DNA from: an uncultured Bacilli bacterium
Lineage (GTDB): Bacteria > Bacillota_I > Bacilli_A > RF39 > UBA660
Reading direction: 5' to 3'
NCBI GenBank assembly: GCA_944363915.1
Contig: CALVVR010000001.1
Span: 1-63,292, forward strand
DNA: 63,292 bases
Shown piece after piece: positions 39,591-50,294 of the stretch (position 1 is its first letter; the number at the start of each line of letters is the position of its first letter). The notes beneath the pieces were generated by a model. The model made no database searches, was not told the origin of the DNA, and worked only from the letters and a program-made list of their open reading frames with translations. The translations under genes were made by a program, and so were the position numbers.

Positions 39591-41339
39591 TTATTCAACG
39601 GTAACTGATTTTGCTAAATTTTTAGGTTTATCAATATCACAACCTCTTAATTTAGCGGTATGATAAGCAATTAATTGAATTGGAATAATAGTTAATAATG
39701 GTTGAAATAATTGATTGTCAGGAATGACTATTTTTTCATCATAAAAATCGCTTTCTTCATCTAAAAAAGTAGTTGTTATATAAATAACTTTTGCACCTCT
39801 TGCTTTAGTTTCTTTAATATTACTGATTGTTTTATCTTTTAAATTTTTATCAGTAACGATGGCTATTACTTTAGTATCATTTTCAATTAAAGAAATAGTA
39901 CCATGTTTCAATTCACCAGCGGGATAAGCAACACTATTAATATATGATATTTCTTTTAATTTTAATGATCCTTCTAAAGCTAGGGTATAATCGATACCCC
40001 GTCCAATGTAAAACACTTTTTCATCCATCTTAATCAAATCAGCTATTTTTGAATAATCATTTTTTAATAGATTGTTTAAATCTTGAATTAATTTATTAAA
40101 GTTATTTAAAATGTTTTCAGTTTTAGAATTATAGTAAGCAATTAAACTTAAAATTGCCACTTGACAACTGTAAGCTTTAGTAGTAGCTACGGCTATTTCA
40201 CAACCTGCTTTAGTATAGATAACCTCTTTAACTTCTCTTGCAATGGAAGAGTTGAAAACATTAATAATTCCAATAGTATCACAGATATCTTTAACTTTTT
40301 TAAGACAAGCTAGAGTATCAGCTGTTTCACCAGATTGAGAGATAAAAATAACTAAGGTTTTTTTGTCAATAAAATTATCTTGGTAACGATATTCGCTAGC
40401 AATTTCAACTTTAGTTTCAATATGACAATATTTTTCAATTAAATATTTTCCAATTAATCCAGCATGATAAGCACTACCACAAGCAACGATATGAATCTGT
40501 TTATATTTTTTGATATTTGGTAATTTTTGATCACCGTTTAAAAAGGGAAGTAGGGTGTTTTTAATAACTTCTGGTTGTTCATAGATCTCTTTTAACATAT
40601 AATGTTCATAATTTTGTTTGGACACATCTTCAATTGTACCATCATAAGTATAGACATCTTTATTTAAAACATTCAATCGTTTATCGTAAATTGTTATTTT
40701 ATCTTTGGTTAAATGAACAATTTCATTATCATTTAATAAAATATATTGATTTGTATATTTTAAAATAGCTGGAATGTCACTAGCTAAAAAATTTCCTATA
40801 TCACTTTTAGCAATAATCAAAGGACTATTTTTTTTGATCGCATAGATACTATTTAAATCATCGTCTAAAATAATTCCTAAAGCATAGCTACCCTTGATTA
40901 GTTCATTTAATTTAGATAATACTTTAATAATATTATGATTTTCTTGATATAGTTTGTCAATTAAACAAGCTAATACTTCAGTATCAGTTTCACTTTTTAA
41001 CGAATAATTAGTTAATAATTTTTTTAATTCTTGATAGTTTTCAATAATTCCATTATGCACAAGCGTAATACTACCTTGTTTATGAGGGTGAGCATTTACC
41101 TTATTAGGACTACCATGTGTTGCCCATCTTGTGTGACCGATTCCTAAATAGGTATCAGTATTTTTATCGACTAATTTAATTAAATTAGTTAATTTTCCTT
41201 TTTCTTTAATTATATTTATTTTGTCAGTTACGTAGGCTATACCAGCTGAATCATAACCACGATATTCTAAACTAGTTAAGCCATCTATTAGAATAGGAAT
41301 GGCTTTTTTCTTACCAACATAACAATAAATTCCGCACAT
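39591..41339 (-). CDS. glmS: Glutamine--fructose-6-phosphate aminotransferase
   Basis: The N-terminal MCGIYCYVG has the Cys nucleophile. GHTRWATHG, SIS domains and the C-terminal NLAKSVTVE are present. Confidence 0.97.
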   Translation of the reverse strand: MCGIYCYVGKKKAIPILIDGLTSLEYRGYDSAGIAYVTDKINIIKEKGKLTNLIKLVDKNTDTYLGIGHTRWATHGSPNKVNAHPHKQGSITLVHNGIIENYQELKKLLTNYSLKSETDTEVLACLIDKLYQENHNIIKVLSKLNELIKGSYALGIILDDDLNSIYAIKKNSPLIIAKSDIGNFLASDIPAILKYTNQYILLNDNEIVHLTKDKITIYDKRLNVLNKDVYTYDGTIEDVSKQNYEHYMLKEIYEQPEVIKNTLLPFLNGDQKLPNIKKYKQIHIVACGSAYHAGLIGKYLIEKYCHIETKVEIASEYRYQDNFIDKKTLVIFISQSGETADTLACLKKVKDICDTIGIINVFNSSIAREVKEVIYTKAGCEIAVATTKAYSCQVAILSLIAYYNSKTENILNNFNKLIQDLNNLLKNDYSKIADLIKMDEKVFYIGRGIDYTLALEGSLKLKEISYINSVAYPAGELKHGTISLIENDTKVIAIVTDKNLKDKTISNIKETKARGAKVIYITTTFLDEESDFYDEKIVIPDNQLFQPLLTIIPIQLIAYHTAKLRGCDIDKPKNLAKSVTVE

Positions 41340-41349
41340 ATATTCCTCC

Positions 41350-41500
41350 GTGATTAAAAAAAGTGCATAATATATTTTTTGTCATAATCTTGATTTTATG
41401 GTTTGTAATATATTTGCGGGAGCACGTTCCCGTAACAGTATCCGCCGAATCTTTCGATAATCTGTTATCCTCGTCGACTTTTTAGTCCTGGCGCTAACAA
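41350..41500 (-). promoter_or_regulatory. glmS ribozyme / GlcN6P riboswitch in the glmS 5' UTR
   Basis: The minus strand reads AGCGCCAGGACUAAAAAGUCGACGAGGAUAACAGAUUAUCGAAAGAUUCGGCGGAUACUGUUACGGGAACGUGCUCCCGCAA. This matches the conserved AGCGCCAG...GACGAGG...AUCGA..UUCGGCGGAU core of the Bacillus glmS ribozyme. The 3' boundary is approximate. Confidence 0.85.
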
Positions 41501-41634
41501 AATAACTTTACCTCCATTAGCTATTAAGTTTTATATAATTATTATACGATATTTTAGTAATTTTGATAATAGTTTTAGTGTCAAACAGTTGTAATTTATT
41601 AAATTATATTATATAATCAAAGTAGGTGAATAGT

Positions 41635-43926
41635 ATGAAAATTATGTCTAAATTAACGATTAAAAATTTATTTAAAAATAAAAAGAATTTTATTTTGTGT
41701 TTTATTAGTGTTTTATTATCTTGTATTTTATTATTTTCCGTTGGTTTAGCTGTATCAACAGTTAGACAAAATCAAATTAATAGTACAATTGATTTATATG
41801 GCGATTATCATGCTATTATCTATAATACTAATATTAGTGAAAAAGAAAAATTAAATGATGAAAGGGTTTTAAAATATTTTTATATTTTTCAAATTAAAGA
41901 TAATTTATATAGTATTAGTGATAATTTTGATTTAGATTTAAAATTAAAAGGTAAAATGCCGACTAATAATAATGAGATAATTATTAGTTCAAATAAAGCT
42001 TATTTAGATAATTTATCAATTGGTTCATCTTTAGAAATTGATAATAAAGAATATGAAGTAGTAGGAATTTATAATTCACTTGCATTGCAAAATCTTAATT
42101 TAGATAATATAGTTATTACCAAAGAAAATGAACTTGATAGTGAAGCAATTTATTTTATATATTTAAAATCATATAAAGATATATATAATAATATAAGAGA
42201 TATTGCCAATAGATTATCTAATTCTTCATATTCTATTAATAACTCATTATTATATTATTATGCTGGTGTTGATCCAAATGGTGATTATAGTAGCAATAAT
42301 GATGCCGTTTATTTTTTACTTGCGCTGTTTTTATGCTTAGTTTTAGCCTTTATTATATTCTTTATTATTTATAATGCTTTTTCAATATCAGTAAATGAAA
42401 AGAAAAAGAAATATACGATGTATAAAAGTATTGGTGCAACACCTAAACAAATATTATATTCAGTATTTTTAGAATCAATAATTGTTTTAATTATTGCTAT
42501 TCCTTTAGGATTTATATTAAGCTTAGGGTTTATTTCGTTAATCCTATTTATTATAAATAGCATGTTAGAAGGAATTGCTACTAATATTTATACAGTTTCA
42601 ATTTATCCTATTTTTGTTTTGGTTTCTCTAGCTTTTGTTCTAGTTAGTACTTTACTAGCTACTTTATCAGTAGCTAGAATGGCTGGTTCAATTAACATAA
42701 TAGAAGAGGTAAGACAAACTAAAAAGTTTAAATATAAAAAAGAAAATAGACTAGTAAAAAAATTATTTGGTATTAGTGGACAAATATCAGCTAATAGTGT
42801 TAAAAGGGATAGGGCAAAATATCGCATCACAACTATTTCTGTAGTGATTGGCATAGTTTTATTTTTGACAGCTACTTCATTATTGTCAATTGCATTATAT
42901 AGTTATGAAGATAGTTATGCAGTTTCAAATAATGTTTATTTAAGCTATGCTGAAAATGATTTAAATAATACTTCAACAGAATATATTTTTGATTATATTA
43001 GCAATCTTGATTCTGTAAAAGAATATGTTTTTTATAAATCTGGATATTATAATTATCAAACAGTTGATAATGAAATAGGTAATATTAGTGTTATTTATGT
43101 TGATTCTAAAAATTATGAAAAGTTAAAAGAAAAGTATCAATTTGACAGTGCTGCTATTTTTAATATTTTAGATGATGATAAAAAAGCATTTAATCAAGAA
43201 AATATAACCTTAACTTTAACTCCAACTAGTAATTTTGCTAATCAAGAAGCTTTTGATGTTACTGCTAAAGTTATAAATGAATCTGGATTTTTAGAAGATA
43301 TTTATCCTGGCGTTTTTACAACAAGTATTTTCCCAATTATGTTGTTAGAACAAGAAAAGCAAATTGATTATGTTACTCGTATTTATCTTATATCTGATGA
43401 TTATTTAAAATTGGATCAAGAGATGCAGGAGTTAGTTGAAAATAATGAAAGAATATATTATCTTAACTATCCAGCAATGTATCATGAACAAGTTGTTTCA
43501 AATAATTGTGTTAAGTTAGTTATTTATATGGCTTTAGGATTAGTAGTCTTTATAACTGTAGTTAGCATTATTGGCACAATCAGTTCAAATTTAAATTTAA
43601 GAAGAAGAGAGTTTGCTGTTTTAAAAAGTTTAGGATTAACTAATAAACAATTTAATAAACTGATTTTTTATGAAAGTTTGATGTTGAGCTTAAAGTCATT
43701 ATTATTTGGATTATTAATATTTATCTTAATAGCCGTAATATTTATAAGAATTACAATGCTTAATGAGACTACTTTTGATAGTTTGCTTGGTATACCTTTA
43801 AATATTTTTGTTCCCCCATTATTAATTTGTATTTTTGGAGTAATTATTATTAATTATTTATCATTTTTAATAGCTACTAGGAAAATAAAAAAAGATAATA
43901 TTGTCGATGTTATAAAATCATATTAA
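41635..43926 (+). CDS. FtsX-family ABC permease (two FtsX modules), no adjacent ATPase gene
   Basis: The N-terminal LTIKNLFKNKKNFILCFISVLLS is typical of this family. TM bundles lie at ~aa 225-350 and ~aa 635-760. An RBS AGGTG precedes the ATG at 41635. Confidence 0.75.
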   Translation: MKIMSKLTIKNLFKNKKNFILCFISVLLSCILLFSVGLAVSTVRQNQINSTIDLYGDYHAIIYNTNISEKEKLNDERVLKYFYIFQIKDNLYSISDNFDLDLKLKGKMPTNNNEIIISSNKAYLDNLSIGSSLEIDNKEYEVVGIYNSLALQNLNLDNIVITKENELDSEAIYFIYLKSYKDIYNNIRDIANRLSNSSYSINNSLLYYYAGVDPNGDYSSNNDAVYFLLALFLCLVLAFIIFFIIYNAFSISVNEKKKKYTMYKSIGATPKQILYSVFLESIIVLIIAIPLGFILSLGFISLILFIINSMLEGIATNIYTVSIYPIFVLVSLAFVLVSTLLATLSVARMAGSINIIEEVRQTKKFKYKKENRLVKKLFGISGQISANSVKRDRAKYRITTISVVIGIVLFLTATSLLSIALYSYEDSYAVSNNVYLSYAENDLNNTSTEYIFDYISNLDSVKEYVFYKSGYYNYQTVDNEIGNISVIYVDSKNYEKLKEKYQFDSAAIFNILDDDKKAFNQENITLTLTPTSNFANQEAFDVTAKVINESGFLEDIYPGVFTTSIFPIMLLEQEKQIDYVTRIYLISDDYLKLDQEMQELVENNERIYYLNYPAMYHEQVVSNNCVKLVIYMALGLVVFITVVSIIGTISSNLNLRRREFAVLKSLGLTNKQFNKLIFYESLMLSLKSLLFGLLIFILIAVIFIRITMLNETTFDSLLGIPLNIFVPPLLICIFGVIIINYLSFLIATRKIKKDNIVDVIKSY

Positions 43927-43935
43927 AAAAAGAGT

Positions 43936-44331
43936 TTAATGACTCTTTTTTAAGGTATTAATATATTGTTTATAATGCTCTTTTGAAGGAAAAATTTGTA
44001 AGCTATCATAATTACCATGAATAAATACTTTATGATCAACTGCGAAGTCTTTATCAAACCTAAAAGAAATTCTTCTTTGTTTATCTACTTTAACAAAAGC
44101 GACAATTGAACTGGTTAAGATATCAATTTTATCATCATCGCCAATCGCTTTCAATTTTTTAATTTTTTCTTCAATTTTCGCACAATTAATAATAATATAA
44201 AAATTACCATTTCCTTTTTGAATAATCAATGGATCATTTTCTTCGACATCAGAAAAACTAGGTATAATAAGTCTTCCTTGGTTGTCGATTTTATTTTCAC
44301 TATTTCCAAAAATTGGAATACTACCAAACAT
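43936..44331 (-). CDS. Divergent MraZ-like protein
   Basis: Two SpoVT/AbrB-like repeats are present. NKIDNQGRLIIPS parallels MraZ IDAKGRxxVP. VKVDKQRRISF followed by HKVFIHGNYDSLQIFP parallels LDKQGRxxI...GxxxRxEIW. The protein is 131 aa. Confidence 0.55.
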   Translation of the reverse strand: MFGSIPIFGNSENKIDNQGRLIIPSFSDVEENDPLIIQKGNGNFYIIINCAKIEEKIKKLKAIGDDDKIDILTSSIVAFVKVDKQRRISFRFDKDFAVDHKVFIHGNYDSLQIFPSKEHYKQYINTLKKSH

Positions 44332-44487
44332 ATGTTATTCCCCCTTTAACAGCTAGATATTATATTTTAAATTTTAGTATTTGTCAAATTTTTAAAGATT
44401 TAATTAATTTAATTGTCTAATAATGTTACATTTAATTCTTTAAAAAAACATATAATTGTGATATAATCAATAATAAGGATGTGGATT

Positions 44488-45570
44488 ATGAGAGTTATAA
44501 TAAGTGCAGGAGGAACTGGTGGACATATTTATCCCGCTTTAGCAATTATTAATAAAATCAAACAAAAGGAACCTAATAGTGAGTTTTTATATATTGGAAC
44601 TCATGATCGAATGGAAAAAGATATTGTTCCAAAATATGGAATTCCTTTTAAACAAATTGAAATTTATGGATTTAATCGTAAAAAAATTTTTAAAAATTTT
44701 AAAACGATTAAATGTTTAATGAAAGCTAATAAAATATGTCAAAAAATAATTAAGGATTTTAATCCTGATATAGTAATTGGTGTTGGAGGGTATGTAACAG
44801 TTCCTGTTATTAAAGCAGCTAAGAAATTAGGCTATAAAACATTTATTCACGAACAAAACTCGGTTCCTGGTAAAGCTAACACATATTTGAGTAATTATGT
44901 TGATATGATCGGGATTTCTTTTCCATCGAGTAAACAATATTTTCCAAAGGAAAAAGTTATTTTAACAGGCAATCCTTGTAGTGAAGATGCTTTAGGTGTT
45001 ATGTCTTGTGATAAAAAAGAATTTAATTTGGATAATAATAAGCCTTTAATTTTATTTGTAATGGGATCTTTAGGAGCTAGTAAAGTAAATGATTTTTTAA
45101 TTAAAACGATGTCTTTATTTAACAATAAAGAATATGAAATTCTATATGTTACTGGAAAAGGGGATTATGATAAAATAAAAAAAATTAATTTTCCTAAAAA
45201 TGTTAAGGTTGTTCCTTATGTCGATAAAATAACAAGAGTGATGAAAAAAACTGATATTATGGTAACTAGAGCAGGAGCAAGTACTTTAAGTGAAATTATT
45301 GCTTTAAAAATTCCTAGTATTATTATACCTAGTCCTTATGTTACTAACAATCATCAATATAAAAATGCTTTAGATTTAGTCAATAATAATTCAGCTCTGA
45401 TGATTGAAGAAAAAGATTTAAAAGGGGATATTATCGTAAGAACAATTGATAATCTAATCAAAGATAAAGCTAAATTGGAAAGTATGAAACAAAATTTAGC
45501 TAGATTACAAGTTAATAATAGTGCGACAATAATTTACGATAATATAAGAAAATTAATAGATAGGAAGTAA
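44488..45570 (+). CDS. murG: UDP-N-acetylglucosamine--lipid I transferase MurG
   Basis: MRVIISAGGTGGHIYPALAI and TRAGASTLSEI are present. Confidence 0.93.
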   Translation: MRVIISAGGTGGHIYPALAIINKIKQKEPNSEFLYIGTHDRMEKDIVPKYGIPFKQIEIYGFNRKKIFKNFKTIKCLMKANKICQKIIKDFNPDIVIGVGGYVTVPVIKAAKKLGYKTFIHEQNSVPGKANTYLSNYVDMIGISFPSSKQYFPKEKVILTGNPCSEDALGVMSCDKKEFNLDNNKPLILFVMGSLGASKVNDFLIKTMSLFNNKEYEILYVTGKGDYDKIKKINFPKNVKVVPYVDKITRVMKKTDIMVTRAGASTLSEIIALKIPSIIIPSPYVTNNHQYKNALDLVNNNSALMIEEKDLKGDIIVRTIDNLIKDKAKLESMKQNLARLQVNNSATIIYDNIRKLIDRK

Positions 45571-45574
45571 AATA

Positions 45575-46465
45575 ATGATTGAAAATTTAAAAAAATTAAA
45601 AGTGGGAAAAGTTATCAGTAATCCTAAAATGAGTGATTATACGACCTATAAAGTAGGAGGAAATGCTTTGGCAATTGTATATCCTACTAATGTTGATAAT
45701 TTGATTAAATTGTTAAAATATTTAAATGAAAACAAGATTAAACATAAAATATTAGGTAATGGTTCTAATTTAATTTTTAGTGATAATTTATATGAGGGAG
45801 TTTTAATCAAATTAGATGAATTTAATAAGTTAGAAATTAACGGAACTGTTATTACAGTTGGTGCGGGGTATAATTTAATTAAATTATGTATGAAAGCAGC
45901 CCGTTTAGGATTAGCTGGATTAGAGTTTGCATCAGGCATTCCAGGAACTGTTGGTGGAGCAGTATTTATGAATGCTGGTGCTTATAAATCAGATATGGGT
46001 TATATCGTCAGTGAGATAAAAGCTCTAACGCCTGATTATCAGGTTATAACTTTATATAACAAAGATTTAGATTTTCATTATCGCAATAGTTTTCTACAAA
46101 AAAATCCTGATTATATTTGTTTAGAAGCTAAGCTAGTTTTAAAGCAAGGCGATGCTGAAACTATTATGGAAGTGATAGCTGATCGTAAACAAAGAAGATT
46201 ATTGACGCAACCTTTAGAATATCCGTCAGCTGGTAGTGTCTTTAGAAATCCAGAAAATGATTTTGCAGGAAGGTTAATCGAAGGATTAGGTTATAAAGGA
46301 AAAAATATTGGTGGGGCTTACGTCAGTGAAAAACATGCTAATTTTATTATTAATAAAAATAATGCTACTGCTAGTGATGTTAGGAACTTAATTAAAGAAA
46401 TTCAAAAAAAAGTAAAAGAAAAATATAATATTAATTTAATTGTTGAACAAGAATTTGTAGATTAG
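45575..46465 (+). CDS. murB: UDP-N-acetylenolpyruvoylglucosamine reductase MurB
   Basis: YTTYKVGGNA, ILGNGSNLIF, GIPGTVGGAVFMNAGAY and PSAGSVFRNP are present. Confidence 0.93.
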   Translation: MIENLKKLKVGKVISNPKMSDYTTYKVGGNALAIVYPTNVDNLIKLLKYLNENKIKHKILGNGSNLIFSDNLYEGVLIKLDEFNKLEINGTVITVGAGYNLIKLCMKAARLGLAGLEFASGIPGTVGGAVFMNAGAYKSDMGYIVSEIKALTPDYQVITLYNKDLDFHYRNSFLQKNPDYICLEAKLVLKQGDAETIMEVIADRKQRRLLTQPLEYPSAGSVFRNPENDFAGRLIEGLGYKGKNIGGAYVSEKHANFIINKNNATASDVRNLIKEIQKKVKEKYNINLIVEQEFVD

Positions 46466-46473
46466 AGGTACTT

Positions 46474-47163
46474 ATGAAAAGTAAAAAAAACGATAAAGTA
46501 AAACATAAAAAAAGAAAGATAAGATATGATCGAATTTTAATTGCTTTAGCTATTATTGTAATCATGGTTGTTTTTTTTACTTTTTTATTTAATTTAAGAA
46601 TAACAAATATAATAATTAAAAATAATAATTACTTATCTGATCAAGAAATTATCGAATTAGCTAATATTAGTGATTATCCTAAAAGTTTAGCTAATTCAAG
46701 TAAACAAATTGAAGATAGATTAAAAGCAAATAATTTAATTAAAGATGTTAAAGTAACTAAAAAATTTTTGACGCAAATCTACATTGAAGTAGAAGAAAAT
46801 AGACCTTTATTTTACTATAATCATAATAATAAAACCGTTCTTTTAGATGGTACAAATATCGATGATAAGTATCCTGTTCCAACTGTTTTAAATTATATTA
46901 CTGATACTTATTATGATGAATTTATTAAAGAAATGGGAAAATTAGATACTTCAATTTTAAATAAAATTTCAGAAATACAATTTGATCCTAATGATGTTGA
47001 TGACAATCGCTTTTTACTAACAATGAGTGATGGTAATTATGTTTATGTTAATATCAGTACATTTTATAAATTAAACAAATATGTTTTGATTAGAGAAAGT
47101 TTACCCGACAAAAATGGCATTCTTTATTTAGATTATGGTAATAATTTTGAAATAATTGAATAA
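46474..47163 (+). CDS. divIB: Cell division protein DivIB/FtsQ
   Basis: A basic N-terminus, a single TM and a POTRA-like ITNIIIKNNNYLSDQEIIELANI are present. The gene lies between murB and ftsA. Confidence 0.75.
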   Translation: MKSKKNDKVKHKKRKIRYDRILIALAIIVIMVVFFTFLFNLRITNIIIKNNNYLSDQEIIELANISDYPKSLANSSKQIEDRLKANNLIKDVKVTKKFLTQIYIEVEENRPLFYYNHNNKTVLLDGTNIDDKYPVPTVLNYITDTYYDEFIKEMGKLDTSILNKISEIQFDPNDVDDNRFLLTMSDGNYVYVNISTFYKLNKYVLIRESLPDKNGILYLDYGNNFEIIE

Positions 47164-47222
47164 TTATCTTTTCTTTTAGATAAAAATATTGTATAATATT
47201 ACGTAGATAGTAGGTGATTTAA

Positions 47223-48455
47223 TTGCGACATATATACACTTGTATTGATATTGGTTCTAGTAGCATTAAAATTGTCGTTTGTGAATTATACCGTGGTCGA
47301 TATAATCTTTTAGCGACTTCTACTGTCAAGTCAAAAGGGATTAAAAAAGGGTTAATAAATGATATTGTTGAAGCAAAAAATTGTATAAAACAAGCTTTTA
47401 GTGAAATTGAAACAATGTTAGGATTTAAAATAAGAAAAGTTATTGCTATAATTCCTAGTTACTTTGCAGAATTTAATATTATTAAAGGTGAAGTTGAAAT
47501 AACTAATGAAGCTAAAATTGTTACTGGTGATGATGTTGTTAAAGTATTACAAGTGGCAATGAAAGGACAATTTGATATAACTAAAGAAATGGTGACAATA
47601 ATTCCTGTCGATTTTACTTTAGATAATGAAACAACCAAAGATCCGCTTCGTAAAAAAAGTAACATTTTAAAAACTCGAGCTGTTTTAGCCACAACTCCTA
47701 AAAAAAATATTTATTCAGTTGTTAATTTATTAAATAGTATCGGTGTTGAGGTTGTTGATATTTCTTTAGGATGTATTGGTGATATTAATACATTTAGAGA
47801 TGAGAATGTCGATAAGTGTATTAGTGCAGTTATTAATATTGGAGCAGAAAAAACAGAAGTTTCATTATATAATAAAGGAATAGTTGTCAAACATGGCATT
47901 GTTAATATGGGAAGTCGTAATGTTGATAATGATATTGCTTATATGTATAATGTTAATACTGATGTAGCTACTGATTTAAAAGAGCACTTTGCACAAGCTA
48001 CAAGAACTAGTGCTTCATTAAACGAACTTAAAGATGTAAAAAATAAAGAAGGACAAGTTATTCAAGTTAATCAATATGAATTAAGTGAAGTTGTTATTTC
48101 AAGATTAGATGAGATATTATCTTTAGCTAACCAGGAGTTAAATAAGTTAACTTCTCATAAACCAGAAGTAATTTATGTTACTGGTGGAATAACAAATATG
48201 ATGAACTTTAGTCAAATTTGTAGAGAAAAATTAGGAAATTGTGCTATAATAGGTAGTGTGAACTTAATCGGCTTAAGAAACAATAAGTTTTCTTCAGCCA
48301 TAGGTAATATAATATATTTTATAAATAAACTTAAACTAAAAGGAAAAGATTATTCAATGGTAAGTAGTGATGAAGTAGAAATTTTATCAACACCTAGAAA
48401 GAATACAAATGATTCAATGTTAGGTAAAGTATTTGGATATTTCTTTGGCGAATAA
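47223..48455 (+). CDS. ftsA: Cell division protein FtsA
   Basis: A TTG start follows the RBS. Actin-fold motifs CIDIGSSSIKIVV, VINIGAEKTEVSL and YVTGGITNM are present. Confidence 0.93.
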   Translation: MRHIYTCIDIGSSSIKIVVCELYRGRYNLLATSTVKSKGIKKGLINDIVEAKNCIKQAFSEIETMLGFKIRKVIAIIPSYFAEFNIIKGEVEITNEAKIVTGDDVVKVLQVAMKGQFDITKEMVTIIPVDFTLDNETTKDPLRKKSNILKTRAVLATTPKKNIYSVVNLLNSIGVEVVDISLGCIGDINTFRDENVDKCISAVINIGAEKTEVSLYNKGIVVKHGIVNMGSRNVDNDIAYMYNVNTDVATDLKEHFAQATRTSASLNELKDVKNKEGQVIQVNQYELSEVVISRLDEILSLANQELNKLTSHKPEVIYVTGGITNMMNFSQICREKLGNCAIIGSVNLIGLRNNKFSSAIGNIIYFINKLKLKGKDYSMVSSDEVEILSTPRKNTNDSMLGKVFGYFFGE

Positions 48456-48467
48456 GGGAGGATATAC

Positions 48468-49517
48468 ATGTTTGGATTAGAAATGGATCAATTAGCTAAT
48501 ATTAAAGTAATCGGAGTCGGTGGTGGCGGTAACAATGCTGTTAATCGTATGATTGAATCTGGTGTTCAAGGCGTTGATTTTATTGTTGCCAATACCGATT
48601 TACAGGTTTTAAATAAATCAAAAGCTCCAGTTAAAATTCAAATTGGAACAGATTTAACTAATGGCTTAGGAGCTGGTGCAAATCCTCAAATTGGCAAAGA
48701 AGCCGCTTTAGAAAGTAAAAACGAAATCGAAGAAGCTTTAAAAGGTGCTGATATGGTTTTTGTTACTTGTGGTATGGGTGGTGGCACTGGAACCGGAGCT
48801 GCTCCTGTTATTGCTGATATTGCACAAAGTCTAGGTGCTTTAACGGTTGGGATTGTGACTAAACCATTTAGTTTTGAAGGAAGAAAAAGAATGCAACAAG
48901 CAGTTGCAGGATTAGAAGAATTAAAAAAACACGTTGACACTTTAATTGTTATACCTAATGATCGTTTAAGAGAAATTATCGATAAAACCACACCATTATT
49001 AGATTCTTTTAAAGAAGTTGATAATGTTTTAAGACGTGGTGTTCAATCAATTAGTGACCTAATAGCAGTAGCTGGTCTTATTAACTTAGATTTTGCCGAT
49101 GTCAAAACCATTATGGAAAAACGTGGTAATGCTTTAATTGGTATTGGTATGGGTGTCGGTGAAGACCGTGCTAAAGAAGCTGCGTTACAAGCAGTATCTA
49201 GTCCATTATTAGAAACAGGTATTAGTGGTGCAACAGATGCTATCATTAATGTTACAGGTGGTGCTAATTTAACTCTGTATGAAGTTGAAGAAGCTGCTGA
49301 AACAATTAGACAAAGTGCCAATACTGATATTAACACAATTTTTGGTGCTGTTATTAATGAAAATTTAAACGATGAACTTATTGTTACAGTCATTGCTACT
49401 GGATTTGAAGATGAAAAGCCAACAACTCATACTTATACTAATACAACATATACGCCTTCTTCTGATGATAGTGATGATAGTGACGTTCCATCATTTTTAA
49501 GAAATAGAGGATTCTAA
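48468..49517 (+). CDS. ftsZ: Cell division GTPase FtsZ
   Basis: [17 protein letters not shown], the tubulin signature [15 protein letters not shown], and the C-terminal [11 protein letters not shown] are present. Confidence 0.97.
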   Translation: MFGLEMDQLANIKVIGVGGGGNNAVNRMIESGVQGVDFIVANTDLQVLNKSKAPVKIQIGTDLTNGLGAGANPQIGKEAALESKNEIEEALKGADMVFVTCGMGGGTGTGAAPVIADIAQSLGALTVGIVTKPFSFEGRKRMQQAVAGLEELKKHVDTLIVIPNDRLREIIDKTTPLLDSFKEVDNVLRRGVQSISDLIAVAGLINLDFADVKTIMEKRGNALIGIGMGVGEDRAKEAALQAVSSPLLETGISGATDAIINVTGGANLTLYEVEEAAETIRQSANTDINTIFGAVINENLNDELIVTVIATGFEDEKPTTHTYTNTTYTPSSDDSDDSDVPSFLRNRGF

Positions 49518-49540
49518 AATTATATTAATTGTAAAACTAA

Positions 49541-49565
49541 AAATGAAAGAAATTTCATTTTTTTT
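49541..49565 (+). terminator. Rho-independent terminator after ftsZ
   Basis: The stem AAATGAAA/TTTCATTT is followed by a T-run. Confidence 0.65.
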
Positions 49566-49622
49566 GTCGAAAAAAAAGGAACTAATTATTCTTTTACCAA
49601 TATAACTAATAGGAGGTAATTT

Positions 49623-50294
49623 ATGTTTTATTTGAAAAAATATCGATATGTAATTTTAAGTGGTATATTAATTGTTTTTTTATTATTTTTAATTTTTAAT
49701 AAAAGTAATGATGAAATAGAACTAACTTCAGATTTAACTTTAGAAGTTGAAGAAGAATCTAATGAAGAAGTTGAAGAAGAAAAAATTAAAATTGATATTA
49801 AAGGAGCTGTTAAAAATCCTGGCGTTTATGAGTTGGCTAGCAATAGTCGTGTTGATGATGCTATAAAAATAAGTGGAGGATTAACGAAAGATGCTGATAC
49901 CAGTGTTATTAATTTAAGTAAAAATTTAACGGATGAAATGGTTATAATTATTTATACAAAAGATGAAATTGCCGAAATGAGAAGTGGCAGTACTAGTGTC
50001 AAATATATCGAGAAAGAATGTATTTGTCCTAAGATAGAAAATGATGCTTGTGTTGATAATGTTATTGATAACAAACCTAATGATTCTAATCTATCTATCG
50101 AACAAAAGGTATCTTTAAATAATGCAACTATCGCTGAATTAATGGAATTACCAGGTATTGGTGAAGTTAAAGCAAAGGCTATAATTGCTTATCGTGAAGA
50201 AAACGGTGGTTTTAAAGCAATCGAAGAATTGTTAGAAGTAAATGGGATTGGCGAATCTACTTTTAATAAAATTAAAGACCAACTTAGTTTATAA
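49623..50294 (+). CDS. comEA: Competence protein ComEA (DNA receptor)
   Basis: An N-terminal TM and an SLBB-like IDIKGAVKNPGVYEL are present. The C-terminal tandem HhH is LMELPGIGEVKAKAII...LLEVNGIGESTFNKIKD. Confidence 0.88.
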   Translation: MFYLKKYRYVILSGILIVFLLFLIFNKSNDEIELTSDLTLEVEEESNEEVEEEKIKIDIKGAVKNPGVYELASNSRVDDAIKISGGLTKDADTSVINLSKNLTDEMVIIIYTKDEIAEMRSGSTSVKYIEKECICPKIENDACVDNVIDNKPNDSNLSIEQKVSLNNATIAELMELPGIGEVKAKAIIAYREENGGFKAIEELLEVNGIGESTFNKIKDQLSL

